A stretch of 64,000 nt of DNA from Truepera sp. (lineage in GTDB: Bacteria; Deinococcota; Deinococci; Deinococcales; Trueperaceae): the NCBI GenBank assembly GCA_965218435.1, contig CBDCKW010000009.1, positions 576,001 through 640,000 on the forward strand, in the 5' to 3' direction. This document shows positions 51,721 through 62,356 of the stretch, piece after piece. The notes under the pieces were generated by a model. It was not told where the DNA came from and made no database searches. It saw nothing but the letters and a program-made list of their open reading frames with translations. The position numbers were made by a program, and so were the translations under genes. Position 1 is the first letter of the stretch. Each line of letters begins with the position of its first letter.

Positions 51721-52900
51721 ACGGCGAAGTGAACGCCGGGAGCAGGCTGGCCCGGTGACAGAAAACCCGGCCCTGGAAACTCTCAACAGAGAAAGCTCCG
51801 GCAAAGAAAGCTCCGGCAAAGAAAGCTCCGGCAAAGAAAGCTCCGGCAAAGAAAGCTCCGGCAAAGAAAATACCACGAGAGAGACTCTTGCCGGAGACAA
51901 CCGCACCCCAAACAACCGCACCGGGGAAACCATCCGCCGCTTGCCCCGGCAGCTGGTAAACCGCTTCCGCAACCTCCGCACGCTCCGAGAGGTTGGTGCG
52001 CAGCTCTGGGCGACGCTGCTCCACAACCTACCACTCAAGCTCGGCGCGCTGCTGCTGGCGATCGTCTTCTGGTTTTTTGTCAGTACCGATGACGCCGTCA
52101 TCTCGCAGCGAACGCTGCGGGCACCCCTGCATACCGAAGGGCTGAGCGATACGCAGCGTGTACTCGGGCTGCCGGAGCGGGTGAGCGTGCGGCTTTCGGG
52201 ACCGCAGAGTCGCCTGCGCACCCTCAATCCGGACGGCCTCGACGTCGTGCTGAACCTGCGCGGCGTCACCGGCAACTTTGAACGCGGCCTGCGCGTCTTT
52301 CCGCCGCAAGGGATTACCGCCGTGGGGGTCGTTCCAGGTGAGCTTATCGGCACGGTTGAAACGCTCGCGCGAAACGAGGTACCGGTCAAGGTCGTCACGC
52401 TCGGTACGCCCGCTGCGGATACGGCGCTGAGGTTACGCGCGGAACCCCCTAGCGTTCAGATTAAGGGCGCGGAAACGCGGGTCGCGCAGGTCACGCAGGT
52501 ACTAGCGCCCTACGACCCCGCCACCCCTACGCCCTCTGAAGGTGCTGAAAAGGTCTACGCCGCTGACGCGCAGGGCGAACCTGTCCCCGGCGTCACCGTG
52601 ACGCCCGCGCAGGTCAGCGTGAGCGCCGCAGTGAGGGCTGTGCTCTCGGTTCGCACGTTGCCTTTGCACCTGACCCCGGTCACGGTACCCGGAAGGCAGG
52701 TCGTGTCGGCGGCCTCAACCCAGAACGAAGTCAGGGTCGTCGGCCCCGAAAGCGTTCTGGCCGAGCTTTCAGCAGTGACGGCGACACTGCCCGAGACGCC
52801 CGCGCGGGGGCCGGGGCGGTATACTTTAGCCTTGACCCTGGACTTACCGGCGGGGGTGACGGCGCTCGAAACGCCGCAGCTCGAGTTACAGCTCCGGTAA
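51710..52900 (+). CDS. cdaR: CdaR/YbbR family regulator with repeat-expanded N-terminus
   Basis: N.PLKL.ALLLAIVFWFFV transmembrane motif then YbbR-like domains; directly after dacA. Confidence 0.8.
   Translation: MSGERRSERREQAGPVTENPALETLNRESSGKESSGKESSGKESSGKESSGKENTTRETLAGDNRTPNNRTGETIRRLPRQLVNRFRNLRTLREVGAQLWATLLHNLPLKLGALLLAIVFWFFVSTDDAVISQRTLRAPLHTEGLSDTQRVLGLPERVSVRLSGPQSRLRTLNPDGLDVVLNLRGVTGNFERGLRVFPPQGITAVGVVPGELIGTVETLARNEVPVKVVTLGTPAADTALRLRAEPPSVQIKGAETRVAQVTQVLAPYDPATPTPSEGAEKVYAADAQGEPVPGVTVTPAQVSVSAAVRAVLSVRTLPLHLTPVTVPGRQVVSAASTQNEVRVVGPESVLAELSAVTATLPETPARGPGRYTLALTLDLPAGVTALETPQLELQLR
51791..51869 (+). repeat. Perfect 15-bp tandem repeat x5 plus partial copy (GAAAGCTCCGGCAAA, ESSGK)
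   Basis: Directly visible. Confidence 0.95.
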
Positions 52901-52976
52901 GCCCCCGGAACCCTTTTTGACGACTAACGACAGCTTTTGGGAACCGTTTACCAAGCCCGAGCTGTGAGGAGACACT

Positions 52977-53615
52977 GTGATCTACAAAGTTCGTTTTTAC
53001 GGAGACCCGGTGCTGCGGCGGCGCGCCCAACCGGTCACGGCGTTTGATAAAAGGCTCGCGGTACTCGCGCAAGACATGCTGGCGACGATGTATGACGCCA
53101 ACGGTGTCGGCTTAGCTGCGCCGCAGATCGGCCTTTCGGAACGGGTGTTTGTCGCACTCGAGTTAGCCGAAGAAGCCGAAGAGGAGACCGAGGGCGAAGT
53201 CTTAACCAGCCGCGAAAAACGTGAGAAGTGGGGCGTCAAGGCCGAACACGTGATGGTCAACCCCAAAATCATTGCTCGAGGGGGCGTGCAGTACGGTACC
53301 GACGGCTGTTTAAGTCTGCCCGGTATCTTCGTCGAAGACATGAAACGTGACCAAAGCGTCCGTCTGCGCTACCAAGACGTCACCGGCAAACAGCATGAAC
53401 GCGACGCCGAGGGCCACTTCGCTCACGTGATTCAGCACGAACTCGACCACTTAGACGGCGTGCTCTTCTTCGACCGCTTGCCCGAAGCCGAAAAACGCGA
53501 GTTTTTGGAGCTGCACCGCAAAGAGCTCGCGGAGTTGCAACGCGAAGCTAAAGGGTACCTTAAAGAACTTAAAACCAAGAACGTAACCGGCCATAACGAC
53601 GCACGGGTAGGTTGA
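52977..53615 (+). CDS. def: Peptide deformylase
   Basis: GVGLAAPQIG, DGCLS, QHELDHL. Confidence 0.95.
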   Translation: MIYKVRFYGDPVLRRRAQPVTAFDKRLAVLAQDMLATMYDANGVGLAAPQIGLSERVFVALELAEEAEEETEGEVLTSREKREKWGVKAEHVMVNPKIIARGGVQYGTDGCLSLPGIFVEDMKRDQSVRLRYQDVTGKQHERDAEGHFAHVIQHELDHLDGVLFFDRLPEAEKREFLELHRKELAELQREAKGYLKELKTKNVTGHNDARVG

Positions 53616-54571
53616 TGCGGGTCGCGCTGTTCGGGTCACCGACGTTTGCGCTGCCGGTGCTGGACGCGCTACTGGCGAAGCATGAGGTGGCGTTAGTCGC
53701 CTCTCAGCCCGATAAACCTGCCGGACGCGGCAACAAGCTGACCCCGCCGCCGGTAGCGATACGGGCGCGGGAGCTGGGGGTAAGGCTCGAGCAACCCCCT
53801 CGCTTAAAACGCAACGAAGGCTTTTTTGAGCTGGTCAGGAGTCTCGAGCTAGACGTTGCAATTACCGCTGCGTACGGTAAAATCTTGCCGCAAATCCTCT
53901 TGGACATTCCCCGACACGGGTTCTTAAATGTCCACGCGAGCCTCTTACCCAAATATCGCGGCGCTGCGCCGATTCAGTGGGCGCTCATTAACGGCGAAAC
54001 AGAGACGGGTATTAGCATCATGCAGACCGAAGCGGGGCTCGATACGGGTCCGGTACGGCTCGAGCGTCGCCTCCCTATAGACCCGGATGACACTTCTTTA
54101 ACGCTTTTCGACAAACTTTCGGTGCTCGGTGCCGACACGCTGACGGACGCTTTAGACAAACTAGAGCGCGGTGAGCTGCCGAGTTGCCCCCAGAACGGCG
54201 CTGAGGCGACGATTGCCCCTATGCTCAGCAAAGACGACGGGCGTCTCCGCTGGGATGAGCCCGCCGCGCAAATTTACAACCGCTACCGCGGCGTGTTCGT
54301 GTGGCCGGGGAGCTTTACGGTGCATGACAAAAAACCGCTTAAAGTCGTTCAGCTCAGTGTGGTTGCAGGGATGAACTCGAGTGCCCAACCCGGTGAAGTG
54401 ATCGCCACGTCTCCCCGAGGTATTACCGTCCAGTGCGGCGCAGGCGTGGTGTTGCTAGAGAGCATTCAACCTGCCGGAAAACCAAAGATGCCCGCGTCTA
54501 GTTGGGCGAACGGTTACGGGGTCCGGGTCGGGACACGTTTAGGAGACGGGCAAGGAGAAAGTCATGGCTAG
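53615..54571 (+). CDS. fmt: Methionyl-tRNA formyltransferase
   Basis: QPDKPAGRG, AAYGKIL, NVHASLLPKYRGAAPIQ, GLDTG. Confidence 0.95.
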   Translation: MRVALFGSPTFALPVLDALLAKHEVALVASQPDKPAGRGNKLTPPPVAIRARELGVRLEQPPRLKRNEGFFELVRSLELDVAITAAYGKILPQILLDIPRHGFLNVHASLLPKYRGAAPIQWALINGETETGISIMQTEAGLDTGPVRLERRLPIDPDDTSLTLFDKLSVLGADTLTDALDKLERGELPSCPQNGAEATIAPMLSKDDGRLRWDEPAAQIYNRYRGVFVWPGSFTVHDKKPLKVVQLSVVAGMNSSAQPGEVIATSPRGITVQCGAGVVLLESIQPAGKPKMPASSWANGYGVRVGTRLGDGQGESHG

Positions 54572-55883
54572 AGTGGCGATTGTCGGACGGCCCAACGTAG
54601 GTAAATCTAGCCTCTTTAATCGCCTCGTCGGACGGCGTGAAGCGATTGTCGCGGATATGCCGGGGGTCACGCGAGACGTCAAAGAAGCGAAGGTCGAAGA
54701 CGATCTGGGCCGCAGTTTTTCACTCCTGGATACCGGCGGCCTCTGGTCAAATGACGAGTGGGAAGCGGCCATTCGGGGCCGTATCGAACTTGCGCTTCGT
54801 GACGTTGACCTGATTCTCTTCTGTGTAGACGGCCGCACCCCCCTGAGCGCCGCCGACTTTGAAATTGCCGACTGGCTCCGCGCCCTCGATAAACCGACGC
54901 TGCTGGTCGCCACTAAACTTGACGACGAACGCCACGAAGAAGACCCCGAGCTGTATGAACTCTACGCCCTCGGCTTCGGCGAACCGCACTTCGTCTCGGC
55001 AGAGCACGCTCGCGGCACGCATGAACTTTCAGACACGATTTTTGAACGTCTGCCTGAAGATGCCGACGAAGCCGAACCCGAAGAGGTCCGCGTCGCCATC
55101 ATCGGACGGCCCAACGTCGGCAAATCGAGCTTGTTAAACGCCCTGGTCGGTGATGAACGGGTGATCGTCGCTGATCTGCCGGGAACAACGCGGGACAGCG
55201 TAGACGTGAAGTTTGACTTCGGTGGCCGGTTATTCGTTTTGGTAGATACCGCCGGCATCCGCCGTAAACCCGACGGCGACGTCGAATACTACTCAAAACT
55301 CCGCAGTGAAGAAGCCTTGATGCGCTCTGACGTGGCGGTTTTAGTTGTTGACCCGTTTGAACTCGGCGACCACGAACTGCGCCTCGCCAATCTCGCGCTG
55401 CACGCGGGCAAGCCGGTCGTGTTGACCATCAACAAGTGGGATTTGGTCCCGGACGAAACGCTGCAGGAGTTTGAAAAAGACATCGCCCAAGAACTCGGGC
55501 ATATCTCGTTTGCGCCCAAAGTCTATACGAGCGCCATCAACGATTACGGCCTCCACGACCTGTTAGCTGCTGTCATTCGCGTCTACGACACCGCCCGCTT
55601 CCGTATCTCGACGAGTGACGTGAACAACTGGTTAGACGTCTGGTCGCTGCGGCAGTCACCGCCCAACTTTCGGGGCAAACCGCTCAAAATGCTCTACGGT
55701 ACCCAAGCCGACGTTGCGCCGCCGACCTTTGTCATTTCGGTCAACAATGAAAACTTCGTCACGCGCCCGTATGAGCAGTACATCCTGAACCGGATTCGGG
55801 AGGATTTGGGGTTTGCCGAGGTGCCGATACGCCTGATTTGGAAGTCGCGCTCGAGAGACGGTGGCAAACGCGTTCGGGTATGA
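54564..55883 (+). CDS. der: Ribosome biogenesis GTPase Der (EngA)
   Basis: Two GRPNVGKSS P-loops, DTGG/DTAG, C-terminal KH-like domain. Confidence 0.95.
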   Translation: MARVAIVGRPNVGKSSLFNRLVGRREAIVADMPGVTRDVKEAKVEDDLGRSFSLLDTGGLWSNDEWEAAIRGRIELALRDVDLILFCVDGRTPLSAADFEIADWLRALDKPTLLVATKLDDERHEEDPELYELYALGFGEPHFVSAEHARGTHELSDTIFERLPEDADEAEPEEVRVAIIGRPNVGKSSLLNALVGDERVIVADLPGTTRDSVDVKFDFGGRLFVLVDTAGIRRKPDGDVEYYSKLRSEEALMRSDVAVLVVDPFELGDHELRLANLALHAGKPVVLTINKWDLVPDETLQEFEKDIAQELGHISFAPKVYTSAINDYGLHDLLAAVIRVYDTARFRISTSDVNNWLDVWSLRQSPPNFRGKPLKMLYGTQADVAPPTFVISVNNENFVTRPYEQYILNRIREDLGFAEVPIRLIWKSRSRDGGKRVRV

Positions 55884-56776
55884 GCGAACGTCCCTTTATC
55901 CCTGCTGAAAGTGCTGAACCGGCGGATTGGCTAGTCGAGCGGCTGACCGACTTCGCGGTCAACGTCTTATCGGTCGTTCCGAGCGGGTTTGGAGCGTACG
56001 CAAGGGTGTTTCACCCGGCTGCTAAAGTGACCTGCACTTTGGACGCCGACCAAACGTCTACTGCTGAACCACTGAGCTGGGCGGAGGTTGCCGAACTGAC
56101 CGGGCGCACGCCGCACCGATTGATGCAGTGGGCAAGTATTCAGGGGTCGCATCCTGAACTTCACGATTACACCGCGCTTAAAGCCGAGGATATTTATATC
56201 AGAGCTCCCCTTGGAGGTAGTTTACCGCTCGAGCTGGCCCAAACTTTACAGCTCATTTTTGAGCAGCATACGAGCACCCCTGACACGTGCTTTTTCGCTG
56301 TCTGGGAGGGTTTTGGTGGGCTGCCGAAATATGTGTACGAAGCGCCTGCATTTGAGATTCCCGCAAGGCGTTTTCACCTCTTTAGAAACGCTATCCAGAC
56401 AGTTGAACAAAGTTTTTACACGGGAGCCGAACACGACACTATGGAAACGGTCTTTGTAGCGATTTCAGATGAAGAAGCAATACTTTCACCTGAGAAACTT
56501 CAAGAGCAACTTCACGCATCGTTGGATGCTCTCAACGCCATGCCTGTTGCTTATCAAAGTGCTAACCTCTGGTGGCCCGAAGACCGCGCCTGGTGCGTTC
56601 ACACCGAGATTGACCTCAACACGACGTACGTCGCAGGTTCACAGGGGCTGATTGACGCCATTCTCGCTTCTGAAAAACTGGAAGCGTACCAGCTCGAGCC
56701 GACCGATGAACTTGTCAACGACGCCGTAAATCCTATCCCCGATGACCCTTACGGCAGTTCCTTTAAGATTGCGTAA
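55880..56776 (+). CDS. Conserved hypothetical protein
   Basis: VP.GF.AYARVFHP, CFFAVWEGFG, ANLWWPEDRAWCV; ATG overlaps the der stop. Confidence 0.7.
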   Translation: MSERPFIPAESAEPADWLVERLTDFAVNVLSVVPSGFGAYARVFHPAAKVTCTLDADQTSTAEPLSWAEVAELTGRTPHRLMQWASIQGSHPELHDYTALKAEDIYIRAPLGGSLPLELAQTLQLIFEQHTSTPDTCFFAVWEGFGGLPKYVYEAPAFEIPARRFHLFRNAIQTVEQSFYTGAEHDTMETVFVAISDEEAILSPEKLQEQLHASLDALNAMPVAYQSANLWWPEDRAWCVHTEIDLNTTYVAGSQGLIDAILASEKLEAYQLEPTDELVNDAVNPIPDDPYGSSFKIA

Positions 56777-56821
56777 TGCGCTTAGCGCGTCACACCGGGA
56801 GGTTTAGATGATGAGGATAAC

Positions 56822-58639
56822 GTGGAGGCTAACGTTTTACCCAACGGCGCAGGTGCGGCAGTGAACCGGTTTTCTGTACGCCCACTTGCAGAGATGACGC
56901 GTGAGCTGGCCGCTGTCGCGTCCGGGCGGCAAACGCCCGATTCAGTCCTAACGAACGCGCGTATCTTGTCAGCCTATACCGAGCGCATCTTAAAGGACCG
57001 CGAAGTGTGGCTCTGCGGCGGCCGCATCGCCGCCGTCAAACCTGCCGGAACTGCGAAAGATGCGCCTGTCTATGACGTCCAGGGCGGCATCCTTGCGCCC
57101 GGTCTGGTAGACCCACATATCCATATCGAATCGAGCATGATGACGGCGTGTGCGTATGCTGAAGCTGCGCTTCTGAACGGCACCACGACCATCTTTTGCG
57201 ATTCGCATGAGATCGGCAACGTCTGTGACGTTAAAGGGATCGAGTGGATGTTAGAGGACGCCCGTCAAGCGGCGCTCAACATCTTTTTAACGGTTCCGAG
57301 CACGGTTCCGGCCACGTCACCGACGTTTGAAACGGCGGGCGGCGACCTCACCGCAGAGAAGATCGGCGCACTCTTTGACGCGTGGCCCGAAGCGGCGGCA
57401 CTTGGCGAAAAGATGGATTTTGTGCAGGTAACGCAGGGTGACCCGCGCAGTCACGCGATTATCCGAGCTGCTTTAGAACGTGGGAAACCTGTATCCGGGC
57501 ACGTCTACGGGCGTGAATTCGTGGCGGCGTATGCGGCGAGTGGCGTGACCGATACGCATGAGGCGATAGACCGGGAGATTGCTGAGGATTTGCTCGAGGC
57601 CGGTCTCTACCTCTTCCTCCGGGGTGGCCCCCCCACGACGCCGTGGCACAGCCTGCCTGAAGCGATCAAAGCGGTGACTGAACTCGGCGCTTGTGCCAAC
57701 CGGGTTTGCCTCTGCACGGACGACCGCGACGCCGACGACCTGTTGATGTTTGGTCTCGACTGGGTGGCACGGGAAGCCGTCAAAGCAGGCTTAAAACCGG
57801 CCTTAGCCTGGAGTATGGGCTCGCTGCACGCGGCGACGCGTTACGGCTTGGACGGCGATTTGGGTGGTCTCGGGCACGGGCGGCGGGCGGATATTGTCTT
57901 ACTAAACGATGGGCTCGAGCCCCAAGCCACTTGGTACGGCGGCGAGCTGGTCGTTGAAAATAAGAAAATCACCTCGAAACTCGACGAAGCCTTGTCCAAA
58001 CGCTACACCTACCCTAAAGCTGCGTTTGCAACGGTCATGCTGCCCGAAACGTACACGCTGACGCCCGACTTGCCGACGGAACCTTGCACCGCCAACGTCA
58101 TCCGCACGGCGCTCCCCGGCATTACTCTGTTTCACGAACGCGTAGACCTGCCGGTGCGGGAGAGCTGGGCCGCACACTTTGAGGCTGAACCCCTCTGTTT
58201 CGTCAGCATCTTAGAGCGTCACGGCAACTCGGGCGAGGTAGCGCACGGGCTCCTCAAAGACTTCGGCCTCACCTCCGGTGCAGTCGCAAGCAGCGTCGGG
58301 CACGACGCCCACAACCTCATCGTTGCGGGCAGAGACGAAGCGGATATGCGGCTAGCGGTCGAAACCATCCGCAAAAGCCGAGGCGGGGTCGTCGTCGTGC
58401 GTGGGGGCGAGGTGTTAGCCGAGGTCGCGCTGCCGATTGCCGGACTTTTAGCCGAGGGCCGCGCTTCTGACGTTGCCGAGGCGACCGCTGAACTTAAACA
58501 AGCTTGGGCCGAACTCGGTTGTACGCTGCCGTACATGGGGTTTAACCTGCTTCCGCTGTCGGTCATTCCTGAAATTCGCATTACCGACAAGGGGTTGGTC
58601 ACTGTACCGGGGATGGAGCAGGTACCGCTTTTTGTCTGA
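56822..58639 (+). CDS. ade: Adenine deaminase
   Basis: [52 protein letters not shown]. Confidence 0.85.
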   Translation: MEANVLPNGAGAAVNRFSVRPLAEMTRELAAVASGRQTPDSVLTNARILSAYTERILKDREVWLCGGRIAAVKPAGTAKDAPVYDVQGGILAPGLVDPHIHIESSMMTACAYAEAALLNGTTTIFCDSHEIGNVCDVKGIEWMLEDARQAALNIFLTVPSTVPATSPTFETAGGDLTAEKIGALFDAWPEAAALGEKMDFVQVTQGDPRSHAIIRAALERGKPVSGHVYGREFVAAYAASGVTDTHEAIDREIAEDLLEAGLYLFLRGGPPTTPWHSLPEAIKAVTELGACANRVCLCTDDRDADDLLMFGLDWVAREAVKAGLKPALAWSMGSLHAATRYGLDGDLGGLGHGRRADIVLLNDGLEPQATWYGGELVVENKKITSKLDEALSKRYTYPKAAFATVMLPETYTLTPDLPTEPCTANVIRTALPGITLFHERVDLPVRESWAAHFEAEPLCFVSILERHGNSGEVAHGLLKDFGLTSGAVASSVGHDAHNLIVAGRDEADMRLAVETIRKSRGGVVVVRGGEVLAEVALPIAGLLAEGRASDVAEATAELKQAWAELGCTLPYMGFNLLPLSVIPEIRITDKGLVTVPGMEQVPLFV

Positions 58640-58971
58640 CCCGGCCTTACTGTGAAATTGTTAACACTTTTAAGAGAGCTTGTCGCAGCTGTCACCACAA
58701 AATGCGCGTGCCAAACCGCGCTTTATCTACCCGGACTGGCTCAAACTAGAGGATACCCGCCAGGCAACATGCAAATAACGTGAGTAAACAGTAAAGTTTC
58801 ATGATTTTTTCATTAACCATATGTTAATTTTATGATGTCTCAATACATCGGCCAGGGCAATACGTTAGAGACGGCTCGAGCACAACTAAGCGTCACCTGT
58901 AAGCTGCCTAAACTCGGCGGGGGCTTCCTAAAGGTACTACCCGGCAGGACGCTCGAATCTAAGGAGCAACG

Positions 58972-60237
58972 ATGAAATCAGCTTTGCGTTTGCTGTCCGT
59001 CTCTTTACTTTTGCTTGTCGCTGCGTGTAGTCAAAACGAAGCCGTGGTGCAAAAACCTCTGGACGCCGCCCCGTCCGCGGACGTGAAAACGGCCCTGGCA
59101 GCCGTGACAAGTGGGGTACCGGTCAGCAATCTGTCCGGGTCGCGCGGCAGTCAGCGCACCGGCAGTCTCGAGGTGCCGAGTGGGGCCACGGACCTTCGTA
59201 TCAGCATCTCGGGCGGGTCGGGTGACGCCGACCTCTATGTACGTTTCGGCGCTGCGCCGACGACCAGCAGCTACGACTGCCGCCCCTACCGCACCGGCAA
59301 CAACGAAACGTGCAGCTTTAGTGCGCCGCGTACGGGAACGTACTACATCATGATTCGTGGTTATACGGCCTATAGCGGCGTGATCTTAAATGCGAGCTAC
59401 AGCGGCGGGACGACCAACCCGCCCGCTCCAACCGGCAGCTTTAACATTCAATTTGTCTTCGGGCCGAACGTGACGAGCAGCCAAAAGGCGACGTTTGAAC
59501 AGGCGGCGACGCGCTGGGAACAGGTCATTACCGGCGACCTTGCCAACGTCTCGGTCAACAAGCAGAGCAATCTCTGCGGCGCAGGTGAACCCTCTTATAA
59601 CGGCACCGTTGACGACGTGGTGATTTACGCCGAAGTCGGGCCGATTGACGGGGCGAGAGGCGTCTTAGCGCAAGCCGGACCGTGTTTGGTTCGGAGTGGC
59701 GGCGTCACCAGCTACGGCGTGATGAGTTTTGACAGTGCCGACGTGGGCAGTATCAACCTGACCAACGTGATTCTTCACGAGATGGGGCACGTGCTCGGTA
59801 TCGGAACGCTCTGGCCCAACTTTGGTCTGGTCAACTACAGCAGCGGTTGCCCGAGCAACCCACGCTACAGCGGCCCCAGCGCCCGGAGCGAATGGAACGC
59901 ACTCGGCGGCAGCGGCGACATCCCCGTCGAGCAAGACGGCGGCCCCGGTACGGGGTGTGGTCACTGGGACGAGGAGACCTTTAACGCCGAACTGATGACC
60001 GGCTACGTCGAAAACGGCAGTATGCCGCTCAGCCGGATGACGGTCGGGACGCTGCAAGATATGGGCTACGCCGTCAATAAGGGTGCCGCCGACGCCTACA
60101 GCTTGCCCTCATGCTCGCCAACTTGTAACTCGCTGGCACCGCAGGGTATAGATATTGCGGCGGGTGAGGTGCTCCTCGAGCCCATCGGGATCAGTTTGCC
60201 GAGTGGAGAAATCGAGCGGATAGATCAGAGCCGTTAA
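58972..60237 (+). CDS. Lipoprotein metalloprotease: PPC domain + leishmanolysin-like (M8) zincin
   Basis: Lipobox [19 protein letters not shown]...[31 protein letters not shown]. Confidence 0.88.
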   Translation: MKSALRLLSVSLLLLVAACSQNEAVVQKPLDAAPSADVKTALAAVTSGVPVSNLSGSRGSQRTGSLEVPSGATDLRISISGGSGDADLYVRFGAAPTTSSYDCRPYRTGNNETCSFSAPRTGTYYIMIRGYTAYSGVILNASYSGGTTNPPAPTGSFNIQFVFGPNVTSSQKATFEQAATRWEQVITGDLANVSVNKQSNLCGAGEPSYNGTVDDVVIYAEVGPIDGARGVLAQAGPCLVRSGGVTSYGVMSFDSADVGSINLTNVILHEMGHVLGIGTLWPNFGLVNYSSGCPSNPRYSGPSARSEWNALGGSGDIPVEQDGGPGTGCGHWDEETFNAELMTGYVENGSMPLSRMTVGTLQDMGYAVNKGAADAYSLPSCSPTCNSLAPQGIDIAAGEVLLEPIGISLPSGEIERIDQSR

Positions 60238-60255
60238 AGTAGTCTTTTGAAGTAC

Positions 60256-60279
60256 GGCGGGCTTCGGCTCGCCTTTTTT
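60256..60279 (+). terminator. Intrinsic terminator
   Basis: GGCGGGC-TTCG-GCTCGCC-TTTTTT. Confidence 0.85.
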
Positions 60280-60301
60280 GTTGTGATTGACCCGCTCGAG
60301 C

Positions 60302-60913
60302 TTACGGCGTAAAGCCAAAAGTATTTTCAACTACACCTGGTAAGACGCTGTAAATCGAGCGTCCAATCGCCTTTTCAAAGTATCCCTGCAATTCTAAAAA
60401 CGCCCGCCATTTTTCCACAGTCATGTCGTTAATGCCAAGCCGGAGCGCCACATCAACGAGCCTCTTTTCAATCATCACAAACCCTGAAGGCCATGCAAGC
60501 GCGTCACAGAGTTGCAGTAGGCGGTCATAGTCGTCGTACTTTACGCCGTTCAAATACGCTTCGACAAAAGCTAATTCTTCAGCTGAACCGTCCCACCTGC
60601 CTGACCCAGCTTTGATGTCCTGCAGCGGGTACGAATGCGTCAGGGCGATGCGCGCCGCGTCCGAGTAACCCAAATTTTCCAAAAAGGTATAGCCGTCTAA
60701 GATATGACGGTGGCCGGTGACACCTTCTTGTCGTCCGATGTCGTGCAGCAAGCCCAAAATATAAGCAGTTTTGGGATCTAAGTCAGGATGAACTTCAGCG
60801 ATGTTTTTGGCCGCTAACGCGACGTAACGGGCGTGGTCAGCCCAGCCGCCGGGATTTTTTGCTTCAGCCTTGTCTAACAGTCGTTCGGCTTCGGCTAACG
60901 TAGGTACTTTCAT
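60302..60913 (-). CDS. HD domain phosphohydrolase
   Basis: W..H..YV, GLLHDIGR, H..DGY, THS, LCDAL. Confidence 0.85.
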   Translation of the reverse strand: MKVPTLAEAERLLDKAEAKNPGGWADHARYVALAAKNIAEVHPDLDPKTAYILGLLHDIGRQEGVTGHRHILDGYTFLENLGYSDAARIALTHSYPLQDIKAGSGRWDGSAEELAFVEAYLNGVKYDDYDRLLQLCDALAWPSGFVMIEKRLVDVALRLGINDMTVEKWRAFLELQGYFEKAIGRSIYSVLPGVVENTFGFTP

Positions 60914-60933
60914 AGGCTTAGTCTAGCGCGAAC

Positions 60934-60963
60934 AAAAAAACCCCCTCAGGGCTCGAGGGGGTT
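60934..60963 (-). terminator. Intrinsic terminator of the BMP gene
   Basis: AACCCCCTC...GAGGGGGTT stem with T7 on the minus strand. Confidence 0.8.
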
Positions 60964-60997
60964 CACAGCTAACTTATACCTTCTTCAAACTAAGAGC

Positions 60998-62149
60998 TTA
61001 CGGCTCGTCCGGCCACGACCCGACGACACCTTGGGCGGCCCACTGCATACTCGTCAGGTCGGCGACGCTCATCACAGTCCCGGCGGGGACGACTTCGTTC
61101 CCTTTGCGGTCGGTGAGCGGTCCGGTAAAGGGTTCAAACGCAGGCGTTTCTTGTGACATCTGTCCCAAGCGTTTGTTCACTAAGTCATAAACAGAGATCT
61201 CGCCGAGTTCGCTGTCGTTGACCTTTTTGGCCTTGAGTGCGTCCGTAAAGGCCGGGTTGATGACCGTGCCTACGTCCGCGCCGGTCTCGACTGCGCCGCT
61301 CGTTAGGAGCGACCAGTAATCTACATCTTGCATATTCTCGGGCGTATAGGTGCCGTCGTGAACTTTGGTCAGGATGTCGCGGTAGATTTTGTCCCAGTGG
61401 ACAATCTGCCCGGAGACCACGTAATCGGGTGCAAACTTGAGCATCGGGGAGTAGTGGCCGAAGCTCGGCAAGTTGTTCTGCGCGGCGACCTGCACGACCG
61501 TCGGCGAGTCCTCGGTAAAGGCGAAGATATCTACCCCGTCAGCAATAAGCGCCTGCGCCGCTTCGGTCGCGGCGGCGGGGTTGTACCACGAGTTGAGCCA
61601 GCGGACGTTGACCGTCGCGTCGGGGTTGACTGCCCGTGCGCCCATCGTAAAGGCGTCAATGTGCCGCTTGACTTCCGGAATTGGGAAGCCGCCGACGTAG
61701 CCGAGCTTGCCGCTTTTGCTCAGTGCGCCCGCCATCAGGCCGTTTAAGTAGTAAATCTGATAAAACTCGGCGGTGTAGGTCGCCACGTTCGGCGCGCGCA
61801 TGAAGCCGGTAGCGTGGGCAAAGACCACATCCGGGTAACGGGCGGCGGCGGCTAAGGTCGCGTCCATGAAGCCGAACGAGGTCGTAAAGATGACATTGGC
61901 ACCCTGATTGACAAGCTGGTCGATAAAGACCTCGGCGTCGGCTTCGGGTACCGATTCGACGGCGATGGTATCTAACCAGTCGTACTCATCGTCGAGCAGC
62001 TGCCGCGCCTGGTCGTGCGCTTCGGTCCAGCCGTTGTCGTCGGTCGGGCCGACGTAGATAAAGCCTGCCGTAACATGATCTTGCTGAGCCAGAGCCGAGG
62101 TAAAAAGACCTGTGAAGAGAAAGATAGCTAAAACCGAAAAACGCCGCAC
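60998..62149 (-). CDS. BMP family (purine nucleoside-type) ABC substrate-binding protein
   Basis: GFIYVGP..D.GW..AHD, IFTTSFGFMD, GFPIPEV.R..AF..GA, W...WY.P; AGGAGG SD. Confidence 0.88.
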   Translation of the reverse strand: MRRFSVLAIFLFTGLFTSALAQQDHVTAGFIYVGPTDDNGWTEAHDQARQLLDDEYDWLDTIAVESVPEADAEVFIDQLVNQGANVIFTTSFGFMDATLAAAARYPDVVFAHATGFMRAPNVATYTAEFYQIYYLNGLMAGALSKSGKLGYVGGFPIPEVKRHIDAFTMGARAVNPDATVNVRWLNSWYNPAAATEAAQALIADGVDIFAFTEDSPTVVQVAAQNNLPSFGHYSPMLKFAPDYVVSGQIVHWDKIYRDILTKVHDGTYTPENMQDVDYWSLLTSGAVETGADVGTVINPAFTDALKAKKVNDSELGEISVYDLVNKRLGQMSQETPAFEPFTGPLTDRKGNEVVPAGTVMSVADLTSMQWAAQGVVGSWPDEP

Positions 62150-62356
62150 ATTGACCTCCTAGGGGAGACTCGAGCCTTGAAACGTTATACCCGGCCTCGA
62201 GCCCGCTAGCAGCAGTATATGAAGTTTGTTGGCAACGCTGCAATCATTAAGGTCAACAAAAAGTCATTTTTCTGTTTACACTTTGCTAAGTTCAGCTGCG
62301 TTACCCTGCCAAAAAAGCCCAATTGACGCCCCTGTGCGCCTCTGCTACCGTACAGC

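Noticed and set aside
51791..51869. 15-bp repeat array as a CRISPR array
   Set aside because: Units are contiguous with no spacers, too short, in frame within a CDS, and no cas genes are present
51614..52398. Minus-strand ORFs with (ELSLP)n or (AGAFF)n repeats
   Set aside because: Antisense shadows of the cdaR repeat; the plus strand has clear family motifs and operon context
58651..58666. CRP/FNR-like site TGTGA-N6-TAACA upstream of the protease
   Set aside because: Single imperfect match about 300 bp from the start; could be chance
62150..62350. Purine riboswitch upstream of the BMP gene
   Set aside because: I could not find the conserved purine-aptamer core; an Rfam search would settle it
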